A DNA stretch of 64,000 nt, from the NCBI GenBank assembly GCA_965215015.1, contig OZ244042.1, positions 3,424,001 to 3,488,000 on the forward strand, given 5' to 3'. Of the stretch, positions 1 to 10,397 are shown piece by piece (position 1 is the first letter of the stretch; each line of letters starts with the position of its first letter). The notes beneath the pieces are model-generated. The model was given only the letters and a program-made list of their open reading frames with translations. It was not told the origin of the DNA and searched no databases. The translations under genes were made by a program, and so were the position numbers. The DNA comes from Candidatus Poribacteria bacterium. Its GTDB lineage: Bacteria > Poribacteria > WGA-4E > PCPOR2b.

Positions 1-499
1 GTCCCCAGCCAGCGCGACGCCCATGTGCCCCATACAGTGCTCCAATCTCAACGATATCATCCGCTGCAGCGTGATGCGCCCGAAGCGCGATGACTGCTTT
101 AGCGATAATCAGGTTGATGTTCTGCTCAAGTCCTTCATTCAAACGCTGTTTCCAACGCGTGGCGGGGTCATCTCCATTTGCGTGGATACTGACATAAACC
201 TGCCCCTCCTGAATCTTAACCGGATAGGATTGCACATCGTCCGCAAACGGATCGAATGTGCAGCCACTCTCCAAATCGAACCGTGCGTGATGCCAATGGC
301 AAATCAGAATGCCGTTGTGAATTGTCCCTTGGCTCAAGGGATACCCCATGTGCGGACAACGATTATCCACGGCACGGATTTTCCCTTCGCTATGTGTCAA
401 GGCGACCGAATGGCCTTCGACATTGAGGGCGATAATCGATCCTTCGGGAATGTCCTCGACACGGAGGCACTGTACGAAGTCAGATGTCATTTCAGCCAT
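1..499 (-). CDS. Rieske [2Fe-2S] domain protein (runs off window edge)
   Basis: Translated by hand from ATG at 499 (AAGGAG RBS upstream): MAEMTSDFVQCLRVEDIPEG...DNRCPHMGYPL...ICHWHHARFDL, Rieske CxH/CxxH motifs. Absent from the ORF track because no stop lies in the window. Confidence 0.88.
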   Translation of the reverse strand, partial: MAEMTSDFVQCLRVEDIPEGSIIALNVEGHSVALTHSEGKIRAVDNRCPHMGYPLSQGTIHNGILICHWHHARFDLESGCTFDPFADDVQSYPVKIQEGQVYVSIHANGDDPATRWKQRLNEGLEQNINLIIAKAVIALRAHHAAADDIVEIGALYGAHGRRAGWG

Positions 500-837
500 T
501 TTGTACACTCCTTTATTCTTGGGGAAGTTGCGAGTTGTAAATTCCAGGTCAGATCGATTTTTCACAAGCCTATCTTAGTCACTCGCTGTGAATGCAAATA
601 GCTGCTTGCAGACTACGACGTTCATCAGGTCAATTTTAGGATAACAAGAACACAAAGTCAAGGGAAAAGATTTGATATATCCTTGCCTATTCAATCTGTA
701 TGATCCATCTAGACGCTTTGTTGGATTTGGTAAGGGGACTTGTTGTCTGATATGGCAATGGTATCAGTAAGGGGATTTTCCAATCGAAGTTAGGCGTTGA
801 CACTTTAGGTATGGGCGTGATACCATGAAAACTCATA

Positions 838-1638
838 ATGACAACCAACGACATTCTATCCGGGCTGCACAATCAAACGATCGGGCGGCAGATTCAAATC
901 TACGATCAGGTGCGCTCAACGAACGATTTGGCACTCCAATGCGGTATTGATGGCGCACAGGAGGGCACACTTATCTTAGCAGAGAACCAGACCCAAGGGC
1001 GGGGTCGGCACGGCAGAAGATGGCATGCCCCTCCTGGATCGAGCCTCCTTGTATCGGTCATCCTGCGGCACCGGCTCCGTGCAGATCAGGTCGGTTTACC
1101 TAATCTCATCGGTGCAGTTGCCATCGCAACAGCGATCGATGAGTTGACGAATCTTTCGACACGGATTAAGTGGCCCAACGATGTACTAATTCAAGGGAAA
1201 AAGGTGAGCGGTGTCTTGACGGAGTTGGAATACGATCGACATCGGCAGCCGTTTTTCGTCATGGGGTTCGGTGTCAACGTCAATACAACATGGACAAATT
1301 TGCCGGAGGAACTTCGTGCTTCCGCTACCTCTTTGCAAATAGAAAGTAATAGGGAGATGTCCCGCGTCGTGCTGCTCCAGGCTATCCTACACCGGCTTGA
1401 AGAAAACTACTTGTGCTTGAAACATAGTGATACTGAATCGATTATTGCAACCGCAAACAGGCTATCATACCGTTTTGGCGATTGGGTCCAGATTAAGACT
1501 GCTGATAGGGTCTTTCGTGGTCAAGCCGAGGTGATTGATTGGGACGGGGGGCTGCTGGTCAGAGATATAAATGGAAAACGGCGGAAATTTCTGGTTGGAG
1601 AGGTCGTCCAAGCTGGGCAGGAAACGCCGAAAAATTAG
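838..1638 (+). CDS. birA: biotin--[acetyl-CoA-carboxylase] ligase
   Basis: STND, QTQGRGRHGRRW, KWPND, KKVSGVL motifs. Confidence 0.95.
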   Translation: MTTNDILSGLHNQTIGRQIQIYDQVRSTNDLALQCGIDGAQEGTLILAENQTQGRGRHGRRWHAPPGSSLLVSVILRHRLRADQVGLPNLIGAVAIATAIDELTNLSTRIKWPNDVLIQGKKVSGVLTELEYDRHRQPFFVMGFGVNVNTTWTNLPEELRASATSLQIESNREMSRVVLLQAILHRLEENYLCLKHSDTESIIATANRLSYRFGDWVQIKTADRVFRGQAEVIDWDGGLLVRDINGKRRKFLVGEVVQAGQETPKN

Positions 1639-1661
1639 CAGTTGAAAGAAAGGATTTTATT

Positions 1662-2084
1662 ATGGCCATTGGAACAAAAAACAAAGTTATCAAAGGATGT
1701 GGTGCCCATCACATTGCTGTGCATACACGCGATTGGGAGGATTCACTGCGACTCTATCAAGACGTGCTTGGTATGGAGATTGTCGCGGAATTTGGATCGC
1801 CAGAACGTAAGATTCTCCTGCTGGATATGGGGGATGGAAGCCACATGGAGCTTTTCCAGCCGACTGCGGATGGGCCCAAACCGGGAGATCCGGCACCGAA
1901 TAACCCTGTGAACCATTTTGCGTTGACGACAACCGACATCCATGGGGCGGTGGAGCATATTCGCGAGGCGGGGTATGAGATTACGGTTGAACCGCGCGAT
2001 GTAAGCCTTGGGGAGTTACAGGTGACGATTGCTTTCTTCAGAGGTCCAAACGGCGAAAGCGTCGAGTTCTTCCAAACGAATTGA
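1662..2084 (+). CDS. VOC/glyoxalase family protein
   Basis: HHIAV...ELF...NHFAL...FFRGPNGESVEF; start moved to MAIGTK after AAGGA RBS. Confidence 0.88.
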   Translation: MAIGTKNKVIKGCGAHHIAVHTRDWEDSLRLYQDVLGMEIVAEFGSPERKILLLDMGDGSHMELFQPTADGPKPGDPAPNNPVNHFALTTTDIHGAVEHIREAGYEITVEPRDVSLGELQVTIAFFRGPNGESVEFFQTN

Positions 2085-2233
2085 CGCGTGAAACGTAAAA
2101 ACAATTTGTTCATCAGTTCATTATGCCGTTGAGCTAGGAAGTCTGACCCACGGCTGTTGCACAATCTGCTAACATAAACTAAACGTGAGACGCGAGTATT
2201 TTATGGTCATTAATCATTGTAGGAGTTGTTTTT

Positions 2234-3475
2234 ATGCAGGTTGAAATCGCCCGACATGCCCTTGACCGCGTGCCGTTGTCAATCATCTTTGATGACTCAA
2301 CGGTGTTGGTCAACCTGAATTACTTCTTTATGCGTGACCGCAATCTTGTAGACGGGGAAAATCGTCGGTGGCAAGATGTGCCCGTTGTCCACCCGGAGTC
2401 ATTCGTCCGTGAATTCGCTGAGTGGTGCCTTGAGCACGGCGTCCGGGGAAAGTATAGCGTTGTCCCGTGTCCCGCTGCCTTGGGGCGTATTGATGAGGGA
2501 TTGCCGCTCTTTAGTAAGGCGCAGCAAGAAAGCTGGTTGCGGATGTGCAGAGAGGTCATTACCCCCGCCTACGACATCACACCTGAGATGATTACGCATA
2601 CCGTTGTGGTCGATCCGAAAACCTGTAAACCCCTGGAGTCGGGGATCTGGGAGCAGTACAATTGGAACAATCTGCCCGTCGATCAGGAGGAATTGGTGAT
2701 TGACTACATTACGACCGCCTGCCAGATTTTGGAGAACGTCGGATTAACGCCGGAAGGGGTCACTTCTCCCGGTGGGTTCGGCAATCCGCTCGACTTCTAT
2801 GCGAAGGTTGTCGGTATCGCAGCACGGGAGGTTACAGGCAACCCCACGCCCTATTTGTTCAAGCGAGTCTCCGCCGATGGGCCCGTTGAAACGCCCGTTT
2901 GGTATACGAATCGGGAGGCGGGCACAGCGGTAGGCGAGATTATCGCTTCCACCGGCGACTGGACTGGCTCGTGGACCGGCTACGGTGAGGTCAATGTCGA
3001 TAAATATATCACTGCAGACTTGCAAGGTGGACGTCTCCCCGCCGTCATTGACGCCGGTGATCCGGCGGTGCTCATTAGCCACTGGCAGGGGTTTTATGGC
3101 TTACACAACGACGACCGTCGTGGGTTTAATGCCTTCAAGACTGTCGTCCGTCGCTTGCAGGAGCGTGACCCGAATGGTGAGCGGACGCAGTGGCGCAAAT
3201 GCAGCGAGATTACAAACTACGCGTGTGCCCGGGAGATGGCTGAGGTAGTGGTGGAGGGCAATTCAATACGGCTTGACCTACCGGTGCGTGTCCCCGATTT
3301 GACGCTCCGCTTGACCGGCGTTGACATCCGAGGTGTCTCTGTGGATGGGGTAGACCTGACCCGTGCTGGACGCCGCGCTGCCTTCAAGAGCAACACCTTC
3401 TTGGCAGAGAACAATATCACCTTTGTTGCGTTCAATCCAACACATCGTCAGCCGGTTATCAAAGTTCAAGTATAG
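2234..3475 (+). CDS. conserved hypothetical protein, possibly polysaccharide-deacetylase-like fold
   Basis: 413-aa ORF with AGGAG RBS; DD, DITPEMITH and GVTSPGGFG motifs. Confidence 0.6.
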   Translation: MQVEIARHALDRVPLSIIFDDSTVLVNLNYFFMRDRNLVDGENRRWQDVPVVHPESFVREFAEWCLEHGVRGKYSVVPCPAALGRIDEGLPLFSKAQQESWLRMCREVITPAYDITPEMITHTVVVDPKTCKPLESGIWEQYNWNNLPVDQEELVIDYITTACQILENVGLTPEGVTSPGGFGNPLDFYAKVVGIAAREVTGNPTPYLFKRVSADGPVETPVWYTNREAGTAVGEIIASTGDWTGSWTGYGEVNVDKYITADLQGGRLPAVIDAGDPAVLISHWQGFYGLHNDDRRGFNAFKTVVRRLQERDPNGERTQWRKCSEITNYACAREMAEVVVEGNSIRLDLPVRVPDLTLRLTGVDIRGVSVDGVDLTRAGRRAAFKSNTFLAENNITFVAFNPTHRQPVIKVQV

Positions 3476-3973
3476 GTGAGAAATAGGGTAATGGAAAGGG
3501 AGGAACTGGATATAATTCTACTTGGTATCTGTATTACCTTTGCAGGTTTTCATACTAGCGAATCTGTTTTTCGGGGCCCTTGCTGTTCCGAAACCTATGA
3601 GATATAAAAACAAAGCATCTATTATAAATCTGTTGCCCTGTTGGAGTTTTAGGGTACTTGGGTTAGGCTGCTTTGCTGTATACATAGTACTCCGCTGGAG
3701 CGAAAGGTAAAGCACTTCAATTTTAGCAGAAAATTGATGGATTTTCAATACCTAGTGATTTGGGTTATAAGGGCATTTGGTTCTCCTTGTCGGTTGAAAA
3801 CGCTCGGAACGGAGAGGAATCTCTGAATCCCGACACCTCCCTGTAGGTGCTTGTATCCCGATCTATCGGGAAACGACTTCTCGATCGCGACTTCCCCGCA
3901 GAACCGACAGAAAGCTGAAAACTAAATACCCCTAACTGGTTTATTATAAAACCGTTGAAAAGGAGTCAGACCT

Positions 3974-5611
3974 ATGAGCGTTTCGTTTAACAATGCGCCT
4001 ATCCTGCTTACCGATGAGCAGATGCGTCAATTCATTGTCGATGGCTATATCATGCTGGAGCCGTCCGTTCCCGATGAACTACATGGAACCATCCGCAGGA
4101 AACTTGCAGACATTCTAGAGGCGGGCAGCAATCCGGGGAACAACGTGCTGCCACGGGTGCCGGAGATGCGTCATATCCTCAACAGTCCTGAAGTGCGCGG
4201 CGCATTGATAAGTACGTTGGGTGAGGGGTATATCGAACACCCGCACCGTTACTGTCATCATTTGGCAGCGGTCACCGACCCAGATCCGGAACCAGCGGTT
4301 AAATTGGCCGCAAACTGCCACCAAGATTCATACACTCCTTTAGGTAGACCCCGGCAGCACTATTCGCGTTTCGCTAGGATTATGTACTATCCGCAGGACA
4401 CGCCGATCGAATTGGGACCGACCCATGCCATCCCCGGTACACAATTCCATAAGCACCTGACCGATGAGGACCGGACGCAAGCCATTCCAATGGAAGGAAA
4501 AGCGGGCACTGTGTCGCTGACACATTTCGACGTAGGTCATGCTGCAGGTGTCAACCTCCTCAATCAACCCCGCGATATGGTGAAGTTCATTTACGTTCGA
4601 GCGTCGGAGCCTACCGCCCCATCGTGGGATTGTCAAAGCCTTCAGTGGCAGAATCCAGCTGCTATCGAAACACCGTACCATTTAGAGCTGGTGTGGTCTC
4701 ACATGTGGGACTGGTTATGTGGGAAACGCGACCGTTATGAAAGTTTCCGAAACAGTGGCATCCAATTGACGAAAAGCCATTTATCTCAATACATCAGTGA
4801 TTTGGGGAAAGATAAGAGTTTAGCTGACCGACTGAGGGCGATTTATGATCTGGCTGGACTCGGATCTGACGCCGCGGAAGCTATCCCTGTCCTGATCTCC
4901 ATGTTGGATAAAGACCATCAAGCGGCGCGGGTGGCTGCAATCTATACGCTTGGTGCGATTGGGAAACCTGCCGTTGCACCACTGATAGAGCGGTTGAGAG
5001 CAGCGGGCGATCGAGAAGCCGCGCATCCAATTCCTGAACCTTGGAACGAAGGGGCCATTTCGATGGAGGATGCAGCACACGCTTTGACCGCTATTGGAGC
5101 ACCGGCTGTGCCTGCCCTGACCGAAGCCCTTGAGTCTCAGAGTGAGTGGGTACGCATTAATGCCAGCTTTGCCTTGGGGGAATTGGATTCCCATGCAGCA
5201 AGTGCTGTATCGAGCCTAACAGCACGTTTGGGCGATGATTCGCATCGTGTTGTTCGCACCGCGACAGATGCGCTAGGAAGCATCCGTCAGGGTGCCCCGA
5301 CGTTTATCCCACATATTAACCGTTTGCTGTTAGAGGATCAGGCAGATTGGCACGCGGAGGAACGTCGTGGGTGGACAATTCAAGATCAGGTTCGTACCAA
5401 CGCAGCGATGGCCTTTACACGGTTGGGGAAGGATGCCGTAGGTGCCGAGGAGGTTTTGTTCCATGCGCTCGACGATCCGTGTGGGCATGTAGGTGCTTTT
5501 GCGATGGACGCTTTGAGACGTATTGATTCGCTGACCGCTCGACAAGCGGTTATGTCGTATTTGGAAGCCCAACGTTGGGATGAATCTATCACTGCGGACA
5601 GGCAGTTTTGA
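3974..5611 (+). CDS. phytanoyl-CoA dioxygenase (PhyH) family protein with C-terminal HEAT repeats
   Basis: LTDEQMRQFIVDGY, HQD, GPTHAIPGT, distal H; repeated 'AAIYTLGAIG/AVPAL' HEAT units. Confidence 0.85.
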   Translation: MSVSFNNAPILLTDEQMRQFIVDGYIMLEPSVPDELHGTIRRKLADILEAGSNPGNNVLPRVPEMRHILNSPEVRGALISTLGEGYIEHPHRYCHHLAAVTDPDPEPAVKLAANCHQDSYTPLGRPRQHYSRFARIMYYPQDTPIELGPTHAIPGTQFHKHLTDEDRTQAIPMEGKAGTVSLTHFDVGHAAGVNLLNQPRDMVKFIYVRASEPTAPSWDCQSLQWQNPAAIETPYHLELVWSHMWDWLCGKRDRYESFRNSGIQLTKSHLSQYISDLGKDKSLADRLRAIYDLAGLGSDAAEAIPVLISMLDKDHQAARVAAIYTLGAIGKPAVAPLIERLRAAGDREAAHPIPEPWNEGAISMEDAAHALTAIGAPAVPALTEALESQSEWVRINASFALGELDSHAASAVSSLTARLGDDSHRVVRTATDALGSIRQGAPTFIPHINRLLLEDQADWHAEERRGWTIQDQVRTNAAMAFTRLGKDAVGAEEVLFHALDDPCGHVGAFAMDALRRIDSLTARQAVMSYLEAQRWDESITADRQF

Positions 5612-6346
5612 GAGGAAGGCTGATAGTGATTTTCGCTTTCTGTTTACCCGTCAAGTATTTCCGACATGTGTCTTGTATAGTGTTATGTATCCTATTGATG
5701 TTGCTTCTTAGGGTTGCACAGAATGAGGGGAAGAAGATGAAATCGTATATTCATTTCCTACCAACTGGCCAATGACACCGTTAACAGCGGCAGAGATCGG
5801 GGCGGTCTCACAATGGCGTCTCGAGGAGCTTGCTGCTGAACGCTATCCCAACAATCAATTAAAATCAGTAAGTATTACTGAACTACCCGATACTTAACAG
5901 TCCTAGGTCGGCCTGTAATAGGGTTGTATTAGCAACAGCGTACATCGAAAAGGTTTCAGAGTATAAGCTTTTACCGGAACCTGCAAAGGAAGCTTTTATC
6001 AAAAATCCTTTAGGGGTAAAACCCATTCTCCTCCGCTTGTGGGGCTTGGGGATACCCCATACGCTTTAGCGTTTTTTTACAGAAAAGGGTTTGAGTTTTC
6101 AACCCATTTAGATAGAGACGGTGTTACTGCAGCAAACGGTTAGCCGGGGTAAACTCCGCAACGGTTTTCCCGTGGCTTAATCCGCCCGGAACATTGCGCT
6201 ATAGTCCGGGTGTTTTCAATTCACCAGACACGGTTACGAGACACACCGGGTATTGAGGTGCCCCTACGGTTTCTGTTGCACGATTTCTTAACATGAGCCA
6301 ATTGGTTATTAAGCTGCGATCTCTAAGCGGAAGAAGATTTCGTGCT

Positions 6347-7519
6347 TCACCCGGGGAACGGCGCAATTGCTTTGCTTCGTAGGTAATCGACGTTCATCTC
6401 AATGCCCAAACCGGGACGGTTGGACAGATGCAGGCAGCCGTCCCTGATGTCAAGTGGATGATCCATCAACACATCATAGGCGTTGAGTTTGGCGCGGCTG
6501 GTCTCCAGCTTGTAGAAGTTCGGGACTGTCATCATCGTATGCGCTCCCGCCAGCACGTTGATAGGTCCGCTTGCATCGTGTGGGGAAATTGGCACGTAGT
6601 AAGCCTCCGCCTGCGTCGCAATTTTCTTCAACTCTGAGATACCACCCGCCCATGTCACATCTGGCATGATATAGTCGGCAAGTTCGTTTTCAAGGATCGG
6701 CACAAACTCATAGCGGGTATGGAGTCGCTCACCAACACAGATTGGCACGCTGACGTTCTGCCTGACCTGTTTCAATGCGTTGTAACTCTCGACGGGGACC
6801 GGCTCTTCAAACCAGCCGATGTTGTAAGGCTCCAACCGTTTGGCGAGCCGAATTGCTGTCGCTACATCGAACCGACCGTGGCAGTCAATGAGAATTTGGA
6901 TGCTGGGTCCAACCGCCTCCCGAATCGCAGCGATCACATTTGCGCCCTGTTCCTCTCCTGCGGCGTCCATCTGTCCACTCAAATAGCCGTTGGTTTCTTC
7001 CGGATGGTGAGGGAACGGGTCGGTCTTCAAGGCGGTGTGCCCGGTTTCTGCAATCGCTTTGCAATGTGCTGCTACACTCTCCGGATCTTTCCCGCCTCCT
7101 GGATGTGTGTAAAGGGATATCGATTCCCGGACGGGGCCCCCACCGATTAGCTCATAAATTGGTAAGCCCAACTGCCTCCCGCGGATATCCCACAACGCGA
7201 TGTCAATAGCACTGACGATATTTGACGTAGCCCCCCGTGTCCCCATGTAAGTGAACGCTCGGAAAACCTTGTTCCATATCGTCTCAATGCGCGTTGCCTC
7301 GTCGCCCTCGATTAGATTGCTGGTTTGTGCAAGCATAGCACAGACTGCTCTATTTGCTACCGGGGAGGTGCCGGTAACTTCACCCCACCCGGTGATGCCT
7401 TCGTCTGTTGAGACCTCAACGAAGACATACTCCCTTTCTCTGTCGGGAGGTTCATCGGTTGTATCCAAGTACGGTGCCTGTGATCTAACAAGCCACGGTG
7501 TCACACCGGTTATCTTCAT
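6347..7519 (-). CDS. mandelate racemase/muconate lactonizing enzyme family dehydratase (galactonate dehydratase-like)
   Basis: SAIDIALWDIRG, KTD, DCHGRF, WFEEP, GER, PHD motifs. Confidence 0.9.
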   Translation of the reverse strand: MKITGVTPWLVRSQAPYLDTTDEPPDREREYVFVEVSTDEGITGWGEVTGTSPVANRAVCAMLAQTSNLIEGDEATRIETIWNKVFRAFTYMGTRGATSNIVSAIDIALWDIRGRQLGLPIYELIGGGPVRESISLYTHPGGGKDPESVAAHCKAIAETGHTALKTDPFPHHPEETNGYLSGQMDAAGEEQGANVIAAIREAVGPSIQILIDCHGRFDVATAIRLAKRLEPYNIGWFEEPVPVESYNALKQVRQNVSVPICVGERLHTRYEFVPILENELADYIMPDVTWAGGISELKKIATQAEAYYVPISPHDASGPINVLAGAHTMMTVPNFYKLETSRAKLNAYDVLMDHPLDIRDGCLHLSNRPGLGIEMNVDYLRSKAIAPFPG

Positions 7520-7821
7520 CGTTTAACTCCTCTTTTCTAGTGGGTTTGTGTTATTGGTTTATGTAAAGTAAGGTGCAAAGCATCCGCAAATTAACACAAA
7601 TCTACCCTAATAAAAAAGGAGAGATCAAAGACGAGCAACTACAAGAGTTGCTCCTACAGTCTACCCAAGACCCGAAATGTTCGGATGGGTATCCTACTCC
7701 CCGATAAATCGGTTCTGACGTTTCAAGTCCCATCGGGACTTAGAGACGCCGAGAAGCCTCGACGAGTCGGGAGATGCAAGCCCCTACGATTGCCGTTGCA
7801 CGATTTTTTACGTAAGCGGCG

Positions 7822-8574
7822 TTACTTCGCTTCCTCAGCACGGTTGATGAACTCGGCAGCACCCGCAGAGATCCACGCGCCAACGCTCGTGAATAGGAAG
7901 CGGACGCCTGCCGCAGCATATTTCGCAACATTGTCGTTGTTGGCAAGGGAACCGGCGACACGCCCTGCCGCTTGGATGCGGGCTAATGTATCATCAATTG
8001 TGTGCTGAACATCGGGGTGCTGAAGGTCGCCGATGTGTCCCATTGAAGTTGCCAGATCCGATGGTGCGACGAAGAACACATCGATGTGGTCCACCGTCAA
8101 GATTTCATCGAGGTTTCTGACAGCGATGATGTCTTCAATTAGGACGATTAGCAGTGTCTCATCGTTGGCGACTTGAACGTAATCGGGAACGGCGAACCCC
8201 TGACGGCTGGTATACATGCCCCGGTAGCCGATAGGTGCGAATTTGCCGCCATCGACTAGGTTCTGTGCTTCTTCCTTCGTGTTGACGTGTGGGACGACAA
8301 TGCCTTGAGCCCCTCGATCGAGGGTGCGATAGATCAGCCCCTGATCATTTCGGTTGATGCGAACAACGGAGGTCATTCCCCAGATGTCGCAGGCGCGAGT
8401 GAGGTTGCCGAGTTCAGCAGCATCCACGGGGCCGTGTTCGCCCTCCAGCCAAATACCGTCGAAGCCCGCGGGTCCAAAGGCATCAATGTCGTCCGGATGG
8501 GTCATACCGCCAGCGACATAAACGGTGTTACCTTCAGCCAATTTATGCTTAATTCTATTCGGTCTAAGTTTCAT
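7822..8574 (-). CDS. HpcH/HpaI aldolase family protein
   Basis: EGEHG, LDRGAQGIVVPHV, IE, PSDL motifs. Confidence 0.9.
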   Translation of the reverse strand: MKLRPNRIKHKLAEGNTVYVAGGMTHPDDIDAFGPAGFDGIWLEGEHGPVDAAELGNLTRACDIWGMTSVVRINRNDQGLIYRTLDRGAQGIVVPHVNTKEEAQNLVDGGKFAPIGYRGMYTSRQGFAVPDYVQVANDETLLIVLIEDIIAVRNLDEILTVDHIDVFFVAPSDLATSMGHIGDLQHPDVQHTIDDTLARIQAAGRVAGSLANNDNVAKYAAAGVRFLFTSVGAWISAGAAEFINRAEEAK

Positions 8575-8740
8575 ATTTAATTCCCCTTGTTGTTAGTTGG
8601 TATGGCACTTGTAGAATGAATGTCTGAATCGCGAATTAGTATATTCTAAGGGCAAACCACAATTGCTCTCTTGATCTGGAGATTGGGGTTTGCGATGATG
8701 CGCTGTGCAACAACGGTAAAGTCATGGCTTTCTCTTGGTC

Positions 8741-9799
8741 TCACCTAGCATCTGCATGGCCTTTCCTTGTGGTGAGTTTCTCTGCAAGACGTTTGATTTC
8801 AGGGTTGGGGTCATAGAGTGCAAGTTCAAAAATCCCCCGATGTTGGGTTACATCTAGTGTTGGAAGCAGAGCGGCCGTTTCAAGGCGCACGCATGCCTCA
8901 CGGTCTTTCAGGCCTCGCTCAAACCAACGGGGAGCGTCCTCGACAGCGTGCTTAGCAAGCGCGGCGATCGCTGCGGCTCGAATCCGTTTGTTTTGAGATT
9001 CAGCGAATGGCAAAATGGCCTCTGGATCTCCATTCTCACAGTGGGCTATCGTTTGTAAGGCGGCGATGCGAACCTCCAGTGACTCATCCGAGAGAAACAG
9101 TGTGCACCAGTCGTAGAGATCTTCGTTTCCAAGCCGTGCCAGCGTTTTAAGACCACGGATGCGTCGTTGTGGTTTCGTGGCGGCGAGGTCATCAAGCGCA
9201 CTTTCCTCACGGGGGTCTACCTGCTCCGGAGGAGGTTCTGTTTCAACTTCAGCCGGTTCAGGAAAACAGTCGAAGCGCAAATCTTCAGGCGTGATTTCAA
9301 CCCCTTGGAAAAAGTCGGGCAGCCATTGATGCAGCTTCTGCGACAGTTCATCTGGGCGGATAGTGCTGCCGGTGCCGGAGTTGGTGCGATTTTCCATCCA
9401 ACGCGCTAGCCGATCTATTCCGGGGTGCCGCGGACTAATACCTTCGTAGGACTTGTGTTGGAGTTTATGATTCACCCATTTGGCAATATGTTCAGGCGAA
9501 TTCAGTAGTTCCAACGTAAAATGTGAACGTATCACCGTGGGTGGGACACGCCCCCGGATGGCAATAACTCCGCTGCCGCGCATAACGAGATTTTTTCCAA
9601 GGCGGCTATACAACTCATGAACATCAATTTCACAGGCAAGGACAAATGGTGAGCTACCCGCTCTGCGCGCTTTGTGTTTAGCACGACCCTGGGCATACTG
9701 CTTACTCGTAGTGAACCAGACCGCCCCCTTCCTTGGCAGAAAACCGATTTCGGCAATTCTAATCGCATTCCGTAAGGTTGTGCCGTGATAGAAATTCAT
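8741..9799 (-). CDS. HEAT-repeat protein with N-terminal ADP-ribosyltransferase-like (YHGT) domain
   Basis: N-terminal FYHGT...IGF...VWFTTSKQYA; C-terminal VRIAAL/IRAAAIAAL/VRLETA HEAT units. Confidence 0.6.
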   Translation of the reverse strand: MNFYHGTTLRNAIRIAEIGFLPRKGAVWFTTSKQYAQGRAKHKARRAGSSPFVLACEIDVHELYSRLGKNLVMRGSGVIAIRGRVPPTVIRSHFTLELLNSPEHIAKWVNHKLQHKSYEGISPRHPGIDRLARWMENRTNSGTGSTIRPDELSQKLHQWLPDFFQGVEITPEDLRFDCFPEPAEVETEPPPEQVDPREESALDDLAATKPQRRIRGLKTLARLGNEDLYDWCTLFLSDESLEVRIAALQTIAHCENGDPEAILPFAESQNKRIRAAAIAALAKHAVEDAPRWFERGLKDREACVRLETAALLPTLDVTQHRGIFELALYDPNPEIKRLAEKLTTRKGHADAR

Positions 9800-9817
9800 T
9801 ACGCTCTCCTGTTATTC

Positions 9818-10330
9818 TTAAGATTCAAGCGAGAGCCCTTTATGAAGCGTCAATTTCATCACCAATTCCTCGCCCGTCTGATCGCCCGTGTGTTCAAAGC
9901 CTAACTTACGGTAGAAACCTTCGGGACTTCCAGTACCGGGAACATGGCTCAAGAACAGCTCCTTCGCATTCGGTCGTGTATTTACATGATCAATCAGGAG
10001 TTCAAGGGCGCGACGGCCATAGCCTTTTCCCTGATACCGGGCATCGACCATGAAACGCCATAAGTAATATTCCCCTTTGTCAGGTTGGTCAGATAGCATC
10101 AGAAAACCGACGGGGGTCTCGTCAGCGTAGATTGCGCGAAACCACGCATCCTCCGAGAAATGGGTCTGAGAAATGGGCCTGTGCAATAGAAACCGCGTTT
10201 GAAGCGACAAACTGCTCCTGCTCTTCGGTTACACGAAGATTCAGAATGGAGTTGACTGTTTCCTGTATAATCTCACGCAAACCGACCGTAGCCTCGAGAC
10301 CAAGGGACGTTTTGGAATCGGGATTTTGTT
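9818..10330 (-). pseudogene. GNAT acetyltransferase (spermidine acetyltransferase-like), frameshifted
   Basis: N-terminal half (LREI...EQFVASNAVSIAQAHFS) and C-terminal half (EDAWFRAIY...YQGKGYG...FYRKLGF) are in different frames, separated by a 13-nt tandem duplication at 10153-10178; 5' end approximate. Confidence 0.75.
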
Positions 10331-10397
10331 ATTTTCCTTTCGTTTGGATTTCCTGAACCTGAACGACTGGCAAATGCAGCGATCGCAGCCGCACCTC

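Noticed and set aside
23-601. 192-aa plus-strand ORF
   Set aside because: Antisense shadow of the Rieske gene on the minus strand.
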